From the NCBI GenBank assembly GCA_965645245.1, contig OZ287084.1:372001-436000 (forward strand): a DNA stretch of 64,000 nucleotides. The letters run 5' to 3'. The position numbers and the translations under genes were made by a program. Position 1 is the first letter of the stretch. The number at the start of each line of letters is the position of its first letter. This stretch comes from Massalongia carnosa (Eukaryota). This document shows positions 14,301-27,741 of this stretch, one piece after another. The notes under the pieces were generated by a model, which did no database searches, had not been told where the DNA came from, and saw nothing but the letters and a program-made list of their open reading frames with translations.

Positions 14301-16813
14301 GCGGGCGAAGGGGTTCTTGCAAGTATCTTACCAACTCTGGAGGAAAGTCTCCAGACATCGACAGATGCGGACAATAAGCAAGGTATATGTATTGCACTTC
14401 GAGAAATAATCTCCTCGGCTGCGCCAGATATACTAGAAGAGTACGAGAAGACGTTGATCTCCGTGGTACGCGTTGCACTAGTTGATCCCGGTGACGAGGT
14501 TCGGGAAGCAGCTGCTGAAGCCTTTGACTCGCTGCAGAAACTTTTTGGGAAGAAAGCTGTTGATCAAGTGCTCCCTTACTTGTTGAACCTCTTGCGAACA
14601 GAAAGTGAAGCTGAGACAGCGCTTTCTGCTTTGCTTACCTTACTCACCGACAACACAAGGTCAAATATTATATTACCAAACCTCTTACCCACGCTTCTCA
14701 TTTCTCCCATTACTCCATTCAATGCGCGAGCTATTGCTTCCTTATCGCAAGTTGCAGGGCCTGCGATGACACGAAGACTGCCTTTAATATTGACGACCCT
14801 CATGGACAACCTTGTGAATTGCAAAGACGACGAGCTTGAATCTGAGTTGGAAGACTCGTTTGACTCTATCCTGGTTTCTGTAGATGAGTTTGACGGCTTG
14901 AACGCTGCTATGAATACCATGCTTACTTTGGCGAAACATAATGATCATCGAAGGAGGGCAATTGCGAATACGAGGCTCAGCAGGTTTTTTAGCAAGGCCA
15001 ATGTTGATTATTCGCGCTACCACCCGGATTTGATTCGAGTGTTGCTTATATTATTTGATGATTCTGATACGGAGGTTGTGAAAGCAGCGTGGTTAGCTTT
15101 ATCCGAGCTTACTAAACGCCTTCGAAAAGAAGAAATGGAGGCTTTGGTATCCTCGACTCGTCAAATACTCCAACAAGTTGGTGTTGCAGGCGCTAATCTC
15201 CCGGGTTTCTCTCTTCCCAAGGGCATCAGCGCAATTTTGCCAATTTTCCTGCAAGGCCTGATGTATGGGAGTGCTGATCAACGTACAAATTCAGCACTAG
15301 CAATATCCGAAATCATAGATCGCACCAGCGCAGATGCCCTTAAGCCATTTGTGACTCAAATCACCGGTCCGCTGATTAGGGTTGTCTCTGAACGATCTGT
15401 GGAAGTAAAATGTGAGTCGTGGGTCGTTATCCAATGCTTCATGTATTTTCTAACGCTGTCGTAGGTGCCATTCTCCTAACGCTAAATAACATGCTGGAAA
15501 AGATACCAGCATTCCTGAAGCCATTTCTGCCTCAACTCCAGCGAACTTTTGCTAAGTCTCTGGCCGATCCCTCTAGTGAAGTTCAGCGATCAAGGGCGGC
15601 TAAAGCATTAGGCACGTTAATAACTCTGACGCCAAGGATAGATCCTCTTATTGCAGGTTCGTTGAATGAGTTCTTTTTACCCTCTGGAAAGAAGCTGATT
15701 AGAAACATAGAGCTTATTACGGGCTCAAAGACATCTAACTCGGGAGTTCAGAATGCCATGCTACGAGCGCTTTATGAAGTCGTAAGTAAGTCAGGAGCTA
15801 ACATGAGCGACATGTCCCGAAACACCATTCTAGGGCTCATTGATAGCGACACTGGCAGTACTGATGGTAAGCTACATCGAAACTGCAGAAAAATTATCCA
15901 TAATTGATGGCAGTATAGAATCTATGGCGATAACGAATTCACGTTTGCTGGGAGCGTTAATCAAGAGTCTTCCCATGACAGTAAACTCTACAGGGCTCAT
16001 AAAGTATATATGTCTTAATAGCGGTGCATGCAAAAAAATTACTAATTTTGGCAATGCAGACAACGTGTACTCACGCCACATATAAGCAACTTTTCCGTCT
16101 TAAACCTCAACTCTATCCTGCTCGAGTCGCCGAAATCGCTTACTACGGCCTTCCCACAGGAAACGCCTGCGATCATCTGCCAAGGAATTGGTAATAAAAA
16201 TGTCCGTGGCTCCCATGTTTGTGATAAAGTTTTTTGTTTAACGTTTGAGGTACAGATTTTCGTATCTGATAATAGCATTTTGGCGGCAGGAAAATACCTG
16301 CTTGCTAAAGGAGGTCCTCCTAGCCTTGAAGCTAGCAAAGGTGTTGTACAAGCTCTCGCTGCAGCAATCCAGCCTGGTGGTCCTGTGGATTCCCGCCGAC
16401 TCGCACTTGTTGTTATTAGGACAGTAAGCCGCAAGTATGACGATTTCATTCGGCCTCACCTTCAGCTTGTTGCACCGCCAATATTCGCTAGCGTGCGCGA
16501 TCCAGTCATACCGGTCAAACTTGCCGCCGAGGCGGCGTTTTTGGCGATATTCTCAGTTGTGGAGTTAGAGAATTCTGTATTTGACGAGTACCTTGTTGTT
16601 GCAGGACCAGGCTTGGCACCAAACTTGAAGCGAAGTATGCAAGACTATTTCAAGCGCATAGCATTAAGGCTAGGGTCACAGGCTAGAGAGAGAATAGAGG
16701 CGGAAGGTGGTCAGGGTGGTCTCGGGCTTTCGAATGATGAACGTGACGATGAACGGGAGATATGGAGTGTGGGAAAGGTCGACCTTGGGGAGGGTGCATT
16801 TAATGATGAATGA
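8316..16813 (+). CDS. GCN1: Translational activator GCN1 (HEAT-repeat activator of Gcn2), multi-exon
   Basis: Very large HEAT-repeat protein with GCN1 signatures ([53 protein letters not shown]); ATG at 8316; stop at 16813. Confidence 0.95.
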
Positions 16814-17141
16814 TTGACCATGATTACAAAAAGGGTTGTTGATGTTACTTCATATTTATGAGTTCCTTCAAGTCTGAGCCCTGTAGCATAGCGAGGTATT
16901 CAAAAGCTGATAGATTATTATCGTAAGTTTACTGGGCAGTGACCTTTTTACAGTCCAGAATAAATAGCGCCAAAAATAGTAAACTAATCTAGACGTTTTG
17001 AGGAGAGTCGTTTTCGGCGAGTCAATCCTGAATCTCGCTTGTCATAGGGCTTAGTTTCTGGCGGGCACACAGATCTACGACATCATTTCATCCACGTTTA
17101 ACGACAATTGAACACCCAGCAAGAACGATCAGGGACTCACC

Positions 17142-18062
17142 ATGTAAGTTGATCATGTTTATGAGACTAAATTTCTGCGTCTACTCTTCAATATGAGCTC
17201 CCTCTTTTCACTGAGATCTGCTTCGCCAACAGGTGCCTTTAACCCCTTGTCTCACCAAGCTGGCTAATCCTCCTCTTTTTCCTTCAGGGTTAACCTTCGT
17301 ACTCAAAAACGGCTTGCAGCTTCCGTGGTAGGATGTGGCAAACGTAAAATCTGGCTCGACCCTAACGAGGTTAATGAAATCTCCAATGCCAACTCCCGCC
17401 AGACGATTCGTAAGCTTGTGTCCGATAGCCTCATCATCCGCAAACAGGTGACGATGCATTCGCGCGCTCGTGCTCGAGAATTGACGGCTGCGAGACGGAT
17501 TGGGAGACATCGCGGTTTTGGAAAGCGGAAGGGTACTGCGGATGCCAGAATGCCAAGGTGGGTTTTTCATAGTCAGATGCTATAGATTTAGGTGCATTGT
17601 TGGCACTTCAACTGGGATCTATAAAATGAACAAGAGACTGATTCTTTCTTTGCGATCTAGTCAAGTACTATGGATGCGCCGCCTTCGTGTCCTACGTCGC
17701 CTCCTCGTTAAATACCGCGCTTCGGGCAAAATTGACAAACATCTTTATCATGAACTTTACAATCTAAGCAAGGGTAACACATTCAAGCACAAGCGCGCCC
17801 TAGTCGAACATGTAAGCAACATGCACAACTCAAATATCAATTCATCCAAGCCGTGAGCATTGTTCTACAATATACTTATGCGTTCCGCTCAAATCAGATC
17901 CACAAGGCTAAGGCCGAAAAGCATCGTGAACGCATCTTGAAGGAGGAGATGGACGCCAAGCGGGCGAAGACCAAGGCAGCACGTGAGCGGAGACAAGAGC
18001 GTGTTTCGGCTAAGAGGACCGCTTTGACAGGAGAAGGAGATGAGGAGCCGAAGAAGGAGTAA
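17142..18062 (+). CDS. RPL19: 60S ribosomal protein L19 (eL19), 4 exons; start codon split by intron 1
   Basis: AT|gtaagt...cag|G GTT AAC CTT CGT gives [28 protein letters not shown]; also contains [20 protein letters not shown]. Confidence 0.97.
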
Positions 18063-18455
18063 AACAATGATGTTGCAATCAAGGACACGAAATAGCGAGA
18101 TATTACGTGAAAAGATTGGCAGGAGGTAGTGTCTTGTTGGTTGGGATAACATGGAAGACGCAGGTACTCAACTTCATATGTAGCAAATACAAGAAATTTT
18201 TGCCAAACGAATGTGTTAAGTCACTTCTATGGGATGAATATTCGTTTTCAAGCATGCAGACATAAGTTTCTAACTTTTTCTTTAAGTAAGCCGATGTATT
18301 GTTTGTATTCATGTCCTTTATGAAAATATAATAGATTACAGAGTATATAGAATACATACGAAACGGCTAATAACGCATTTAGCCTCCTGTAGAGTTGCAT
18401 GCAATCTTAGAGCCTCAAATCCATCTTTTCTCATGACGGTATTCATATCGCCACT

Positions 18456-21400
18456 ATGAGTGACCTCCGGACTTGGATCTCTGATAACGTCATAAAGGTA
18501 TGTTTTCGTTTGCTATCTAATGGCTATTCTAAATGCTAAAGATGTACCTAAGCTTGCTGGCGCGTCAGACCCTACTGTCGTTGACTTTGTCGTAGCAACC
18601 GCCTCATCAGCCAAATCCTCCGCTGTATTAGAAGAGAAACTTGCCAACCTTTTAGACGGCTCACCGAGTGATTTACATACCTTCTCCAAAGATCTTTACC
18701 AAAAACTCCCGAAGCAGAATGGCGGTTCTATACAACGGAGCTCCATGTCCGAAAAGGAGAAAGGGAATGGGGTGAAGGAGATAAGGAAGAAATATAAGCT
18801 GCTTGAGATGGAGGATGGAGATTTGGGACCTACTAGAGTGGCGAAAGTGGATAAAAATCATAAGGCAATTCGGCAGTCGAAGGAGGATGGGAGCGCGATT
18901 CTGGAGAGAAGGCACTATGAGCGCAGCGGGGACAGAGAGCGGGAGTGGCACAGGGCTAAGAAGCTAAGGAAGAGGAAGGATGAGCAATCTGAGGATCGTT
19001 GGGGTGACGAAGATTACATAGAAGAGGAAGAGTTTGCCCAATCGCCGGGGAAGAGAGTACGCCTGAATGATGGCTCGTCGTCGCCAAGAGAACCAAAGTC
19101 TGAAGTTGATGAGGTCACGAGGTTAGAGGATGAAATGGACAGGGATCGGGTGGAAAGGGATGAATTTGCTAAGCGACTGAACAAAAAAGATTCCGAAAAA
19201 ACAAAGAAGTTGGTTGAGGATCGCTCGTCTACGAAAGAAGGCAAAGAGGTAGCCCGTAGGCGAGCCCTTGCTGAAGATGTAGCAGCAAGGCAAGCAGCAA
19301 TGCCAGATTTAAGGGAACGATCAAGACAGGAGTATTTGAAAAAGCGGGAGACGGAAAGGTTGGCATTACTTAGAAAACAGGTCATCGAAGAGTCGGAGGA
19401 GGCACGGACAAATCCTGATCTGACGAAACGGGAGAAGAATGAGTTTGCAAAGAACAAAGAAGTTCTTCGGATCGCAGAGGAACGGCTACGTATCGATGAC
19501 TACCGAGACGGTTATACGATGCCGGAGGACTATATCACGGAGAAGGGCAAAATTGATCGGAAAAAGAAAGAAGAAGCTTTGTACAAACGCTATGTGGATC
19601 GAGATGAGCATGGCCAAGAAAGGTTCGTTACGGAACAGGAGGAATGGGAGCGGGAGCAGACCGCAAAGGCAAAGGCGCAAGTTTCACAAAGCGAAAGGGT
19701 GGATGAAGGGGAGTATGAGTACGTTTTTGATGATGCGCAAAAAATCAATTTCGTTTTGGACTCCAGACTAGAAGGAGACGGCAAAGCTCTCACGAAAGAA
19801 CAAAGATTTCTGCAAGAGCAACTTAAAGCTGCAGAGCGAAAGGCAGCTTCGATTGAAGATACTAGGAAAAGCCTCCCTATTTACACATTCAGGGATGATT
19901 TGCTGAAAGCCATTGGGAAGTATCAAGTACTTATTATTGTTGGAGAGACGGGCAGTGGAAAGACAACTCAGATACCCCAATATCTACATGAAGCCGGGTA
20001 CACAAAAAACGGCCTCAAGGTAGGTTGCACCCAGCCTAGGCGAGTTGCTGCAATGAGCGTTGCGGCGCGCGTTGCTGAAGAAATGGGCGTTAAGGTTGGC
20101 AATGAGGTAGGATATGCCATACGGTTCGAGGATGCCACTTCAGACAAGACTATTCTGAAATATATGACAGATGGAATGCTGCTACGGGAGTTCCTGACTG
20201 AGCCAGATTTAGGCGCATATTCGGCCTTGATGATTGACGAGGCCCATGAAAGGACTTTGCATACAGACATATTATTTGGCCTGGTGAAAGACATTGCCAG
20301 ATTTAGACCGGAATTGAAACTTCTCATATCGTCCGCTACTATGGATGCGCAGAAATTCGCCAAATACTTCGACGATGCTCCAATTTTCAACATTCCAGGG
20401 CGCAGATATCCCGTAGACATCCACTACACCCCCCAACCAGAAGCCAATTATCTTGCTGCCGCGGTAACGACCATTTTCCAAATTCATATCACGCAAGGAA
20501 AAGGTGATATATTGGTCTTCCTCACCGGGCAAGAAGAGATTGAAGCTGCAGAGCAAAATCTTCAGGAAACTGCAAGAAAGCTTGGATCCAAGGTTCCCGA
20601 GATGGTTATCTGTCCAATTTATGCAAATCTACCATCGGAGCTTCAAAGTAAGATCTTCGAGCCTACGCCACCAGGTGCCAGGAAGGTTGTTTTGGCTACT
20701 AATATTGCAGAGACAAGCTTGACTATTGACGGGATTGTCTATGTCATAGATCCAGGTTTTGTGAAAGAAAACGTTTACAATGCTCGCACTGGAATGGAAT
20801 CCTTAGTGGTAACACCCTGCTCCCGAGCATCCGCGAATCAAAGAAGTGGACGAGCAGGACGTGTGGGGCCTGGGAAATGTTTTCGCTTATACACTAAATT
20901 TGCCTTCTACAATGAGCTTGACGAAAATACCACACCTGAAATTCAACGCACTAATCTCAACAGCATTGTTCTCCTTCTCAAATCCCTAGGTATTAACGAT
21001 CTAATTGAATTTGACTTCATGGACCCTCCACCCGCCGAAACCCTCATTCGAGCTCTCGAGCAGCTCTATGCTCTTGGTGCGCTCAATGACCGTGGCGAAC
21101 TCACCAAAGTAGGGCGTCAAATGGCAGAATTTCCCGCAGATCCCATGCTTGCCAAGGCCGTACTTGCTGCCGATAAATATGGCTGTGTTGAAGAAGTCCT
21201 TTCCATCATTGCCATGTTGGGAGAAGCTTCTGCCCTATTCTACCGCCCCAAAGATAAGAAAATCCACGCCGACAGCGCCCGCGCCCGCTTCACCATCAAG
21301 GAAGGCGGTGATCACTTTTCGCTCCTCAACATCTGGAATCAATGGGTTGATAGCGACTTCAGTTACGTCTGGGCTCGGGAGAACTTTCTCCAGCAACGAA

Positions 21401-21822
21401 GTCTTACCCGCGCCCGCGATGTTCGTGATCAGCTTGCCAAGTTGTGCGACAGGGTCGAAGTCAGCATCTCGACTGCTGGTGCTAACGACCTTATCCCAAT
21501 CCAGAAATCCATAACCGCAGGGTTCTTTCCGAATGCCGCGCGCTTGCAGCGTGGAGGGGATAGCTATCGCACGGTGAAGAACGGCATGACGGTCTATTTG
21601 CATCCCAGCAGTACCTTATTCGAAGTCAACCCTAAATGGGTGCTATTCTACGAGCTGGTTTTGACCAGCCGCGAGTATATGCGCAGTAACATGCCCTTGC
21701 AGCCGGAATGGTTGACGGAGGTCGCGCCGCACTTCTACAAGAAAAAAGATTTAGATACACTCGGGACGGATAAGAAAATGCCCAAAGGGGCTGGAGCGCT
21801 CGGGATGAAGAGCGTGCTTTGA
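18456..21822 (+). CDS. PRP2: Pre-mRNA splicing DEAH helicase, Prp2/Cdc28/DHX16 family
   Basis: Exon 1 [14 protein letters not shown], intron 18498-18552; motifs [19 protein letters not shown] and QRSGRAGR; N-terminal region typical of DHX16/Cdc28. Confidence 0.9.
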
Positions 21823-22047
21823 GAGGGTTTCCACTCGTAGTCCGGGTATCCACAAGGTTTAGGTTTAGGGAGCCAACGGACGAAACGGTGTATAGCGAGA
21901 TATACTGTGCAGGCTTAACCTGTTTACCTTTGCTATCAAATCCTTTTTACATCCACCATAAGTAGTTCATCTCGGTACAACTAGTTCTTGCTAAAATACT
22001 GTACCCGCGCGCCAATGGGTATTCCGACGTTCTTTACGGAGTACTCC

Positions 22048-23343
22048 TGCCGAGGTTTACCCCTGCCGAGCCCCATCAAAAATATCAACAAATTTACATC
22101 AACAATTCATTTAATAGTTCACATCATGCCTCCCAAATCGTATAATGCTCACTACGACACACCTCAGAAGGCCAAAGTTCAGGGAGTTTATCAATATCTT
22201 CTTTCCAAAGGTATTCCTGTTGATCCGAAGGATATTTTCAAAGAATTCGGTGTGGAGGCGAGATCGGGTTATCGAATGATCGAGAGAGGCGCTTCTTGAC
22301 GAACTCGACGTCATTCTGATTTAAATGAGACTCGGAGTCGAAAATCAAAAGTGACGGGCGTGCAAGTACGAGAAGCTGACCATATTTTACAAGATAATGA
22401 GCTACGATTGGAGGGAAAAAGACTCACATGGGATCAGTTAGCTATGGAGGTGGGAGCTGACGTTGTTGGTCGAACTATGCGAAATGTTCTTCAGTCGGCC
22501 TCGATTACGAAAAATGCATGGCCTGTGTGAAAGGATGGCTCAGTGATCCACCCATGGACCGCAGAGTAGAGTACTCGAAGGTTATATTAATGAGATATTC
22601 CAATCCAATAGACTGGAATCGTGTCCGATTCAGTGACGAAGTGCATTTTCGACACGGTCCTGAAGGTCAAATTCGAATCATTCGACAGCCCGGTACTCGA
22701 TATCGATGGGACTGCATACAATATCGTGATCCTCCCCCGGAAAAATCCCGAAAACGAAAGCATTGTTGGGCTGCTATCGGACACAATTTCAAGTCTCAGC
22801 TCGTCTTTTATGATGTTCCTGGAATACTAATGGAAAGATGACCCATCAGGTCTATATCTATTCCATTCTGGAACCAGTCGTCAAGCCTTGGCTGAAAAGA
22901 GGTGACGATTTCGTTCTGGAGGAGGATGGCGATTCGGGGCATGGAACGGGCAAAACCAGAAACGCTGTCAAAAAATGGAAAGAGGACCATCATTTGGAGC
23001 ATTATTTCAACTGTTCTTCGTCACCCGATTTGGCTCCCTTTGAAAATTGCTGGCTACCAATTAAACAGCATGTTCGTAAATATCCTCATTGAGATGATGA
23101 TGCTACTTTAGAACAGCTGATTCGAGAGGGCTGGGACCGTGTTTCTCAGGAATTCATTAATGAACGAGTTCGATCAATGCCTAATCGATTGAGAGCCGTC
23201 ATTGATAGTCATAGAGCATTAACGGGGTATTACTCCGTAAATGTAAATAAATGAACCAATTTGATTATTTTTGATGTGTTTTTGGTGAGGTTCTCGGTTG
23301 GGTTTACCTCGGCACTGTGACAGTTAATTTTTCACCCGCGTGG
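22048..23343 (+). mobile_element. Decayed Tc1/mariner DNA transposon with pseudogenised DDE transposase (ATG 22126 to ~23240)
   Basis: Motifs RFSDEVHF, WAAIG, VLEEDGDSGHG, SPDLAPFENCW and SMPNRLRAVI spread over three frames, with in-frame stops at 22297 and 23090; imperfect inverted repeats (TGCCGAGG... left, ...CCTCGGCA right); right end CGCGTGG is followed by TA. Confidence 0.9.
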
Positions 23344-23573
23344 TACCCTATACGAAGTACCGTTTTCACAAAAGCTTGGTCGATAAGATAAGATAGCGGA
23401 TAGATTTGTATTAATATCTCATCTAAGTTTCGCATGATAAATTACGCAAAAATTACATCAGAATAGCTTTCGTAATAATATTCATGTGGCCTTTCCAAAT
23501 TCCCCCTTACAAGGTATGCAAAAGAAACCCTTTGCAAAGATAAGACCTAAATGTACTATAAGCTAATCATACA

Positions 23574-25437
23574 ATGGACCAGTCTCGTCCTTTACTCGTC
23601 CAAGGACCAAGTTCTATCCTTGCAAAGTCAGCCCAAGGTGCGACTTTCCTCATCCTCCTCCAGATTGGATCCCGAGCCATAACTTTTATTGTCAACCAAG
23701 TCCTCCTACGTTATCTGTCTCCAGAAATTCTTGGAATCTCCACACAGTTGGAGCTTTTTGCAACCTCTGTCCTGTATTTCGCAAGAGAGAGCTTACGAGT
23801 TGCCCTCCAGAGACAACGGCTCTACAATGACCAGCCAGAACCCAAGGCAGAGGACGTCAAGTCAGGCAATGAAGAAGCCTTCTCTCGCAAAGCATCTAGC
23901 AATGAGCTGGGAAGAAGTGCGCAGGAAGTTGTTAACCTCTCCTACATAGCTATTGGACTCGGGCTGCCGTTAACATATTTGTTCGCAATGCTCTACCTTC
24001 GTAGCGCTGAGCCTGCAGTGCTGAACACAGCCTACATTCACCGGTCGCTGGAATTATATGCGCTTGCCACGTTTCTAGAACTTTTGAATGAGCCGAGCTT
24101 TGCTGTTGCGCAGCAGAGGATGCTATATAGCACCCGCGCCTCGGCGGAGACCTTTGCGACGTCAGCAAGATGCCTTGTCACTTGTGGCATGGCCATCTGG
24201 GCTAGCAAAACGGGCTCTAGTATTGGCGCTTTACCTTTTGCTATCGGCCAGCTGAGTTACGCATTTGCACTTAGTACGGTTTATGGCATCAAACTGAATT
24301 CACAAACTGATTTCTCCTTTTTTATCAAACGCCTCCCCGCAAACCCAAATCTCTTTCTCTCTCGCTTCTCTCGTCCACTTCTCACCTTGGCTCTAAATCT
24401 CTACGCCCAATCAACTCTAAAACACATTTTAACAACCGGCGATGCATTACTAATCGCAGCCCTTACCTCACTTTCATCCCAGGGCGCCTATGCCCTCGCT
24501 TCAAACTACGGCTCCCTCGTAGCTCGCATTCTTTTCCAACCCCTCGAAGAGTCATCTCGTTCCCTCTTCGGTCGCCTTCTTCCTCCTCAACAACAATCGT
24601 CCACCTCAAACCCTAGCCTCACTCCACCCACATCCGAAATCCGCTCTCTTAATCAAGCGGTATCTTATCTGCGCTCCATCCTTCGCCTATACTCCCTCAT
24701 TTCCCTTCTCTCAGTCTTCCTTGGTCCTACTTTTGCCCCTATTCTTCTTCGCCTTATTGCAGGTCCGCGATGGACTTCCACAGCAGCTCCAGCCGTACTA
24801 GCAGCGTACTGCTATTATATCCCTCTCCTGGCCGTCAATGGTATCCTCGAGGCATTCGTCTCCGCCATCGCAACACCAGCTCAACTCCGCCGACAGTCAG
24901 CGTGGATGTTCGCTTTCAGCGCCGCCTTCGCAGCAACAGGATACCTGGTGCTCCATGTGTGGGATTTAGGCGCCAGGGGGTTGGTGTTGGCGAATGCGAT
25001 AAGTATGCTCTTGAGAATTTTCTGGAGCTGGAGATTCGTGAACGGGTATCTTTGGGTGAGAGGGGCTAGCTTAAAGATAGAGGAGACACTGCCAAGCCCT
25101 GGCTCTGCTGTGAGTGGAGCGGTAGCTTTATGGGGGTTAAGAGTCGCGCAGAGGGGATTTGATGAGGGAGTATGGGATTTAGCGAAGTGGGCGGCAGCCG
25201 CCACGGCTTATGGCCTGTTCATGTAAGGCTTCCCTTCCACCCCCTTCCTTTCAGGATTATAAATCCTATCTACGCTATCACGACCACAAATGAACATAAA
25301 GACATTAGAACTAATCTGGCATGTGAAGATTGTTTTTCGAGCAGAGTTTCTTCTATGAGTGCTATCAGATGCTGCGTTTACCGACACCGAATACCAAGGG
25401 TGCCGCTGAGGAAAAGGGTAATCGAAAGAAGGAATAG
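23574..25437 (+). CDS. RFT1: Oligosaccharide translocation protein Rft1
   Basis: GATFLILLQIGSRAITFIVNQVLLRYLSP, QGAYALASNYGSLVARILFQPLEESSR and LAVNGILEAFV; intron from 25223, short last exon ends with TAG at 25437. Confidence 0.93.
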
Positions 25438-25725
25438 GTAGATTCTCTTTTATAGGACTTCGGTCTGTTCGTAAAGTACCATAATTTATACTAATAGAAC
25501 AAATTGACCTCCATCTTTATTATATTATTTTTCTGGATCTTAAGGGTCCATGTCGTCCTGTAGACTGAAGAGAACCATGATGAGAAGAAAGTGACTATGA
25601 TTGATAGAAGCCGTGTTAGGGCTTCGGGATAGGGCTGACATCGGCTAACCTGCCCAAAAAGGATGCGCACTAGACAACTCTTCCTCACATCCGAAAATAC
25701 AGGATTCATAAAGATTGCGCACCAA

Positions 25726-27741
25726 ATGGGAAAGCGCGCTTTTGATGATGAAGAGGCTCGGACAGCTCCGCTCGAGAAATTTGCCGCAATCGAGAATTCG
25801 GCGAAGAAACGCAAAGTTAAAGTGCCGGAGGCAGAGTCTATAATCAACAATGGAGCCGTTGAGAGGAAAACTGCCAAAGAGGAGAGAACGGATCTAAAGC
25901 GCTTAAGAAAAATAAGGAAAGAGCAGGATAGCGAGTCGATTGTGGGTAAAGAAGTTCTTCCCATAAATGGAGTTGAGGAGGGAGTGGGAGAGTTGGGCAA
26001 TATTGGCGACAAAGCTCCCGGAAAATCGGAAAAAAAGGCAGAAAAGGCACGATTAAAAGCCGCGAAGAAGTTGGCAAAGAGCAACGCCAACAAAAGCATA
26101 GGTTCCTCGACTGTGAGTCCGGAAGCCTTGGCACCACCTCCTATGACACAATCCCCATCTACAGCCGCACAAGACACTTCTGCAGCTCAGTCATCATACG
26201 AGGAAGATCCGACTCTGACAGTTCTCCCTCAATCCGATATCGACTCATATCTCTTGGTCAATTACATAAGAATTACCGATCCAACATCCTCCACCATTCT
26301 ACGCCCTATAACTAGCTTCTCCCAGCTCCCGAAAGCTGCGACCAAATTCTCCCCCTTCACCAACTTTAAATTTCCCACCCCCATTCAGTCCGCTGCTTGG
26401 CCATTCCTCCTCTCTGGGCGAGATGTTGTAGGGGTGGCTGAAACCGGGTCTGGCAAAACCCTTGCGTTTGGAGTCCCTTGCATCCGCTCTATAACCGCTA
26501 CTCCTCGTTCACAAAAGTCCAGCCCTGCCACCAAAGCTGTCATCGTGTCCCCAACCCGTGAGCTCGCGGTTCAAATCCATGACCAAATCTCCCAACTTGC
26601 CTCTGCCGCCGGCCTCCGCTCCGTAGTAGTTTATGGCGGAGTCCCCAAGGATCCACAACGTCTCGCCGTTCCCACGGCCCATGTTATCGTTGCCACCCCC
26701 GGCCGGCTAAACGATCTCATATCTGAAGGAGCCGCAAACCTTAACGCAGTTACCTATCTTGTGCTCGACGAAGCGGATCGCATGCTTGATAAAGGCTTCG
26801 AGCCCGACATTCGTAAAATCCTTGCTTGCACCCCAAACACCGGCGCCAGGCAAACCCTTATGTTTACAGCCACCTGGCCACCTTCGGTCCGCGCCCTTGC
26901 ATCATCGTTCATGCGTGATCCCGTTCACATCTCCATCGGTAAGGATAACCCCTCTGGTGCCCTCCGGGCCAACACGTCCATAACCCAACTTGTCGAAGTC
27001 ATCGCCCCGTTCGACAAGGAACAACGGCTCCTGCAACTCATCAAGCAGCATCAAAGCGGTACCAGCGCCAATGACCGTATACTAGTATTTTGCCTCTACA
27101 AAAAAGAAGCCACCCGCGTAGAAGGCTTTTTGCGCTCCCGAGGTCTCCGCGTAGCAGCAATTCACGGCGATTTAGGCCAGGAGAAGCGCAGCGCGAGTTT
27201 GGACGCGTTCAAGAAAGGCGACTGCCCGCTGCTGGTGGCGACTGATGTGGCGGCGCGGGGGTTAGATATCCCGGCTGTGAAACTGGTGCTGAACATGACG
27301 TTTCCTTTGACCGTGGAGGACTATGTACATCGGATTGGAAGGTATGCCAGCCTGCTGCGTTTCATTTTCTCATCTCTGGCTCCAATCTTCCCCATTCAAT
27401 CATATATCAAAATATCTTGTTTTTCTTCACAGCTCCCATTTCATAAACCACCATTCCCCTCTTTTCTCTCTTTCAAGCCTAACGACGTCTAATGATCCTT
27501 CACAATCCACAGAACTGGCCGCGCAGGCGCCATAGGCCTGGCCATAACTCTCTTCACCGAGCACGACAAAGCACAATCTGGCGCCCTGATCAACGTGCTC
27601 AAGGCCGCCAACCAGCGGGTTCCGGACGAGCTGCTGCGTTTCGGCAGCACAGTGAAGAAGAAAGGGCATGAGGCGTACGGGGCGTTTTATAGGGACGTGG
27701 GCGCGGGGGGTGGCGGGGTAGGGAAGAAGATTGTGTTTTGA
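25726..27741 (+). CDS. DBP3: DEAD-box rRNA-processing helicase Dbp3
   Basis: Lys-rich N-terminus; [36 protein letters not shown] (intron 27342-27512); ends [14 protein letters not shown]...KKIVF*. Confidence 0.92.

Noticed and set aside
17144..17287. Possible intronic snoRNA in RPL19 intron 1
   Set aside because: Has a CTGA but no proper RTGATGA box C.
25577..25638. Possible C/D box snoRNA (ATGATGA ... CTGA) upstream of DBP3
   Set aside because: No convincing terminal stem or recognisable rRNA-antisense guide; the segment is better explained by TAGGGCT promoter motifs.
3351..27741. Cluster of three RNA helicases plus GCN1 and RPL19 as a functional gene cluster
   Set aside because: Unrelated housekeeping pathways; ordinary synteny is sufficient, apart from the shared GCN1/helicase promoter reported above.
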